From Eledone cirrhosa (Eukaryota): a stretch of 64,000 bases of DNA. The notes beneath the pieces are model-generated. The model was not told the DNA's origin. It was given only the letters and a program-made list of their open reading frames with translations, and made no database searches. The position numbers and the translations under genes were made by a program. Each line of letters begins with the position of its first letter. Positions within the stretch are counted from its first letter, which is position 1. The stretch is from positions 14,012,001 to 14,076,000 of the forward strand of contig OZ024748.1 in the NCBI GenBank assembly GCA_964016885.1, given 5' to 3'. Shown one piece after another: positions 57,801 to 64,000 of this stretch.

Positions 57801-58417
57801 GAGAGAGTGCGAGAGCGAGAATGTGTGAAAGTGAGTGAGAAAAGAATGTAAGTATAAGAATGTATGTATATGTCAGCTTGTGTGTATTTCTATATGATTA
57901 TATGGTTTAATCTCGCAAAGACAAGTTTCATTCTCCTGGAAAAATAACCAACACCAACAGTATAACGAAAATGGTGGATTCGGTAAACAAACCAAAAGTT
58001 ACATGCTCTCTTTATATTTTTCACAGCCGACAAATTCGGAGAGATATGGCGTCAGTTTTTGTTTCATTCCATTCATATTTTATTTGAAATATTTCAGTAA
58101 ATAATATATGTATTATAGAGTGTTTGTTGTCAATCTTCTGAAATGTTACATGTACGAATGGTTGTGTTACGTAACTACAATAGCTTATGATAATGGTCAT
58201 AATATATATATATATAAATGAAAGTATAGAAATGATTGTGAGCGTGAAGCCAACAATATTTCATAATATATAAGTGACTATAACGTCAAAATGGAAAAAT
58301 AGTTAACGTAAGATGTGGAAAAATACTTCAAACTCAATTCTATGTATGTATGTATGTATGTATGTATGTATGTGTGTATGTATGTATGTATGTATGTACG
58401 TACGTACGTACGTACGT

Positions 58418-58753
58418 ATGGAAACTATATTTATAAAACCATATTTATTTCATTATACATATTTCAGGGATACCAAATTAAATTATGGTATGCCTTCATC
58501 AGACAAAATACAATATATAACATTTTTACAAATAAGCTTTGACGTACCCTATTAAAATGCAACCATTATTTTTGGAAGCCATCCGGATAGTGATTTGGTA
58601 TGCCTGAAATACGTATAATGAAATAAATATGGTTTTATAAATATAGTTTCCATTTATTAATATCGTATATCTACTCCAAATACTTGTCGAGTGCTTTATA
58701 TAAGTTATAAAAATATTTACTTGTTGTATCCCAACAATTTTAAATAGAACTTT

Positions 58754-58755
<2 letters not shown>
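58418..58755. mobile_element. family C fold-back element with a minus-strand hammerhead (~58445-58510)
   Basis: minus strand TTTTGT CTGATGA AGGCATACCA..TGGTATCCCT GAAA TATGTA TA ATGAAA; homologous to 15385-15847. Confidence 0.85.
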
Positions 58756-58838
<83 letters not shown>

Positions 58839-58926
58839 AGAGAGAGAGAGAGAGAGAGAGATGTATAATATATATATATATATATATATATATTTTCTGT
58901 CATATTAAGTAGTAGATATAACCAAC

Positions 58927-59024
<98 letters not shown>

Positions 59025-59325
59025 TATTCTGTCATATTTTGTTTTAAACTGGTATCTTGTTTCAATATAGCGCTTCAGAAATATTTTGGAAGGAAAGATA
59101 AAGCGACTTATATAAATGTATGTGCGTATGTGGTTGTGGGTGCATGTGTGTATGTATGTGTGTGTGTGTGTATGTACCAAAAAAGTATAGCCAGAAAATT
59201 CAATAATTTGTAATGACATTGTGTTGGGAAATTTAATATAAATATATATAGAGAGATAGATAGATACTCACAAACATATATACATACTTCCATCCCTCTC
59301 TCTCTGTATAAACATATATATATAT

Positions 59326-59356
<31 letters not shown>

Positions 59357-59357
59357 A

Positions 59358-59585
59358 TATATAAGATCAAAAGATGGTTAAATGAGTTCCATGTATTTTA
59401 TTATGCGCATTTCAAAAACAAATATCATCATGCAATAACATGTGTTTTCATCAGATAAAATAGGAGGACATGATATGAAGGTTAAAAACACTTGTGGATA
59501 GTACAGTTTTAAATCAACATATCATTTTGAAATGCGCATAATAAAATACATGGAACTCATTTAACCATCTTTTGATCTTATATAT
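59358..59585. mobile_element. family F fold-back element, ~55-bp arms
   Basis: ATAAGATCAAAAGATGG..ATGCGCATTTCAAAA is mirrored at 59526-59583. Confidence 0.85.
59394..59462 (-). ncRNA. minimal type-I hammerhead ribozyme
   Basis: TATTTTAT CTGATGA AAACACA..TGTTTTT GAAA TGCGCA TA ATAAAATA; 8-bp helix I, palindromic helix III, weak A-U helix II. Confidence 0.65.
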
Positions 59586-59671
59586 TATGTATACTCCAGT
59601 CCTACAAACTGTAGAGTGCTTCTTATCCGATATCTGCATTGCTTTATTGTACTACAATAAAACTCACCTCC

Positions 59672-59723
<52 letters not shown>

Positions 59724-60332
59724 TATTCATATAACTCTATATCCATCGTTCTCATGTATATGTGTGTATGTGTGTGTGTGTGTGTGCGCGCATTTATGAT
59801 GTTGTTATTACTATTATTATTTGCTGCTGAGCTACTTTCTTTTGTTTTCTTTTGTTTTGTTGTTGTTATTTTTCTGTTATTTCAAATCATTTTTGACTTG
59901 GTGAAGAAATAGAATGATTTAATGGTGACTTAGTATATTTTTTTCAATTTTATATCCAAACTTATTCTCTCCCAATTCGCGTGTTATCAATAATCTTGTA
60001 TTAGAAATTCCCGCCTGGCCTTTATTGCGAGACAACAAAAAACAACAACAAAAAATGAAATACTAATAATAACAATCAAAGAATTCGACAATACATAAAT
60101 ATATAATTGAATAAATACAATAATATAAGTAAAAATAATAATATTTACTAAACCTAAATATTAATAAGGATGATGATGATAATGATGATGATGATGATAC
60201 TGATGGTGATGGTAAGGATGGTGATGATACGGATGGTGATGATGATGGTGATGATGGTGATGATGATGATGGCAATGGTGGTGATGGTGATAATGATGAT
60301 GGTGATGATAGTGATGAGGATAATGACTAATA

Positions 60333-60502
60333 ATGGTTTCTGATTTAGGCACAAAGCCAACCATTTGCGGGGAAAGTGAAAGTCCATTATATCAACCCCA
60401 GTGCGTGACTGGTACTTTATTTTATCGATCCCGTAAGGATGAAAGGCAAAGGTAACTTCGAAGAGATTTGAACACAGAACGTAAAGGGACGTAACTCTAT
60501 GA
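60333..60502 (-). mobile_element. SINE copy next to (TGA/TAA)n
   Basis: reverse tail, core and B-box. Confidence 0.9.
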
Positions 60503-60874
60503 TCATAATAATAATGCTGATATTTTTATTAGCCACAAGGGCTTGTCCATAGGAATACAATAAATATTATATATATATATATAGGGATTATTCAACATGT
60601 GAGGATGGACATGGAAGGATATATATAGAGACGATTGAGCTGTCAATAATTTGATACATTCGTTAAATCATGAAATATTTGTAAAATTACTATACTTAAT
60701 CCTAATCTGGCTGAGTTTACACTCGCAAATAAGAAGAACCAGAGCCGCCCCTAGGAGCATTGGATTTGGTGTACTTCGTATTTGTTTGGGTTGCTGAATA
60801 TAATCAGGGGTCGCTGCTTCTCCTGAAGGTCAATAGTTCTCTTCTAAATCGAGCGGGAGCGCCTTTCCATCGTC

Positions 60875-61100
60875 AATTTGCATTGATCATCTGCAAAGCC
60901 ACATTGTTCTCAGAACCACTACACCAGTTCTTTCTATGTGTGCAGCTGGAACTACTGCCACTCATTGATTTGGCAGGATCCCAACTCATTTCTACAGCTG
61001 AGTAAATTGGAGCAACGTGAAATAAAGTATCTTGTTCAAGGACACACCACATCACCCGGTCCGAGAATCGAACTCACAACCTTTCGATTGCAAGCCCAAT
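60875..61100 (-). mobile_element. second tRNA-derived SINE family
   Basis: minus strand GGCTTAGTGGTTAGAGC..GAGTTCGATTCTC then GTGTCCTTGAACAAGATACTTTATTTCACGTTGCTCC. Confidence 0.8.
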
Positions 61101-62226
61101 GCTCTAACCACTAAGCCTTCACTTTAAAAAAAAAAAAAAAATACTATAACACACTATAATTAATACAAGACAGGATTTAAAGCATAAAATCATTTATGTT
61201 TACCCGTCCACACAATTATGGGAAGACACTTGTTACGTCGAGTCAGACCTCACATCCATGCCCGTCCACCATGCATCCTTCAGTGGGATCATAGAACCAC
61301 CACCTCCCATTCATGTACATTCTCTTGATAACTTCATTCAAAATGGCGCCCATATCTTCTGGACAGAAGTATTTTATATCATCGTGTATTTCATTTCATT
61401 GTTTCATGTAGTGATGAGTATGTCCATCCACCCACCAACTATCGGTTAAATAGACTCACTAATCCGCCATTGGTTAAGTACGGCTATATACTGCTGACAA
61501 GACTAAAAGCAAACAGGCAGCAATGGAGGTTAACCTTGCATGGAAGTCTTAAAACAGGAGTGGAAAATCTATTGGTAGTAGTGGAGTCTATTGGTAGTAG
61601 TGGAGTTTATTGGTAGTAGTGTCTCGTTCTAAAGCTCTCAGTAGCAATCCCTTATCTCCGATTCCATCCAAAATTTGCGTGAATTTTCCTCCACCAATTG
61701 ATACATTTTGTTAAGTAACCAATTGTTGTGTCTTACGAAGATCGTTTATGTCAGCAAATCACAGCATTCAGCATTTCTTTCTCTCTTTCAAGGATTTCTG
61801 ACAGGGTTTTTTTTTATTGTTGCTTTCTTTCTTCTCTTCTCTTCTCTTCTCTCCACGTCCTGTAGCAATAGACTGCCAGCCTTCCTCGCCAACCATTTTG
61901 TCCTCTTCGTCACCAACGAGCGATACTCATAGGAACCGGTTATATGACTACTGATGATACACGACTTAGTAGCCTCAGGAACAACAACAACAACAACAAC
62001 AATAAGGATGATGTTATTGATGGTATTGTAAGTGTTGATGATAATGATAAGAAAGTTGTAGAATATTGGTCCAACTAATTGAATAAAAGCATTCTTTTTA
62101 AAAAAGCAATCGTGTTGACAAATTAAATACAAAAGACAGTATCAATCATTGTCAAATTACTTTTACGTATGTATGTAGATGTATATAATATATATATATG
62201 TGTGCGTGTATATATTTATATATACA

Positions 62227-62412
<186 letters not shown>

Positions 62413-62814
62413 TTTATAGATATATTTAAATACATATACATACTGATATGTACATTTATACATAGTTTTATATTACACATTTAGCTCTCTCTCTCATATA
62501 TATATGTACATACAAACATACATGTGTATGTATGAATATATACATATGTGTATGTATGCATATATACATATGTGTATGTATGCATATATACATATGTGTA
62601 TATGTGTATAAATGTATATATATATATATATATATATGTATATGTTTGTATATATATATACACGCATATATATATACACACATATATATATATATATATA
62701 TGTATATATGTGTATATATATATATGAGGGGGGTTGTATGTATATGTGCGTGTTTGGGTGCACAGCCTAACAGGTATTTGTATTCATGTTTTTCTGCATC
62801 AGTCTATATATATA

Positions 62815-63005
62815 TGAAAAGAGTCAGGACCCGGATGGCTGAACCGGCCCATTCGACATCTAGATTCGACAGCTAGCTGTCGAGACTGCCGGAGCTCAAC
62901 CGTCAGGGTCCTGACTCTTTTCCTATAACCCACTCTACTACCCTAAGTATCGAGTACTCTGGTACGTTATGGTCCACCTGGTATCTTACAACACCTTCTT
63001 TGTGA
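62815..63005 (+). mobile_element. family B fold-back element (diverged)
   Basis: GAAAAGAGTCAGGACCC versus GGGTCCTGACTCTTTTC; tail aligns to 9095-9175. Confidence 0.8.
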
Positions 63006-64000
63006 TATATATATGTCTGTGTGTGTTTGTGTGTGTGAAAGGAGAGAGAGAGAGACACACACACACACACACACACAGATATAGGGAGATAGTGTTATGT
63101 GATAAAGATATATAATAATGTTAACAGACTTATGCCATGTTAGTATTATGCGATGAGAGATCCACCTCTAATGAACCGGACTATGCGGAAGCGATAAATA
63201 AGAGGAGAGAACCTTCCGGTAGGTTTAGCTTTTTGCAATAAGATTCCGTTTTAACTACAGGCTACGTTGAAGTAATTCATAATGTCATTACAACAGCTAT
63301 ATCAACGTTTTTCATTGGTTAGTCACATTAAATTACATCTGTGACTGCTACATTAATGGCATTACTCCAGCTCTTTAAATATAACTTAGTTTCCTTGATT
63401 CAGTGCAACCAACCTTCCTTCCCTTTTGAAATTCTTCGTCTCTTCTCTACTTACTTCCTTACTGTACATCTCAACTATAGAACTCACCTCTTTTCTTGTG
63501 GCTTCAGGCGTCTCTCTACCTACTCAATAGTTTTTAGCCGTTTTCCCAAAGATCTCGTTTCTCGATAGATATTAACTCCGTTATTGATCTGTCATGCATT
63601 TGGCACCGATTCCTACTTATGACAAGTGATTCGAGATCACATATGCTATTGTGTGGTATTAGGTCATTAATGAATGAAGCGTTTTCAAGCAGTGTGAAAC
63701 TGGAGCAAGCAAATCACAAAGTATTTAGAAGATACCATTCTTCTGATATTTGGCACCAATTCACACATATGACAGACAATTTGGAGGTCGCATATACTAT
63801 TGCAGTGTTTATTCATTAAAGAATGCTTCGTTTTCAAACTGTTTGACATTAGAGGAAGTATGTAACTAAAGTATACAAGAGAGTTAATTCTTCTGTGAGT
63901 TTGAACTAACTACTTAAATTTGCGAAATATTCCGAGCGTATGAAACGTCCTCTGATCAGTTACTACCTTGCTAGAAATAGCATTGATATCTCCCTCAAAT

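Noticed and set aside
61040-61100. tRNA gene
   Set aside because: A and B boxes are present but the acceptor and anticodon stems are poor, and it continues into a SINE body.

Overview
Repeat-saturated eukaryotic DNA, most likely from an octopod cephalopod: the dominant tRNA-derived SINE resembles the octopus OK/Nin-type family, and (TA)n/(TG)n/(GATA)n microsatellites are extremely dense. Nearly all supplied ORFs are microsatellite translation artefacts. Real coding signal is limited to (i) non-LTR retrotransposon pieces (a 5'-truncated but uninterrupted CR1-group RT ORF at 22298-24037, plus RTE, Dong/R4, CRE-like and Tx1-like fragments) and (ii) two phase-compatible candidate exons of an unidentified host gene (11694-11764 and 44975-45050). 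The most notable signal is a set of about six sequence-unrelated, non-coding, (TA)n-embedded fold-back families carrying minimal type-I hammerhead ribozymes (Penelope pseudo-LTR or retrozyme-like). Several share an unusual C-pyrimidine mismatch in helix II, and one locus shows circular permutation of a ~475-nt unit. SINEs also show serial re-insertion into the same target site. All calls were made by eye, and boundaries are approximate.
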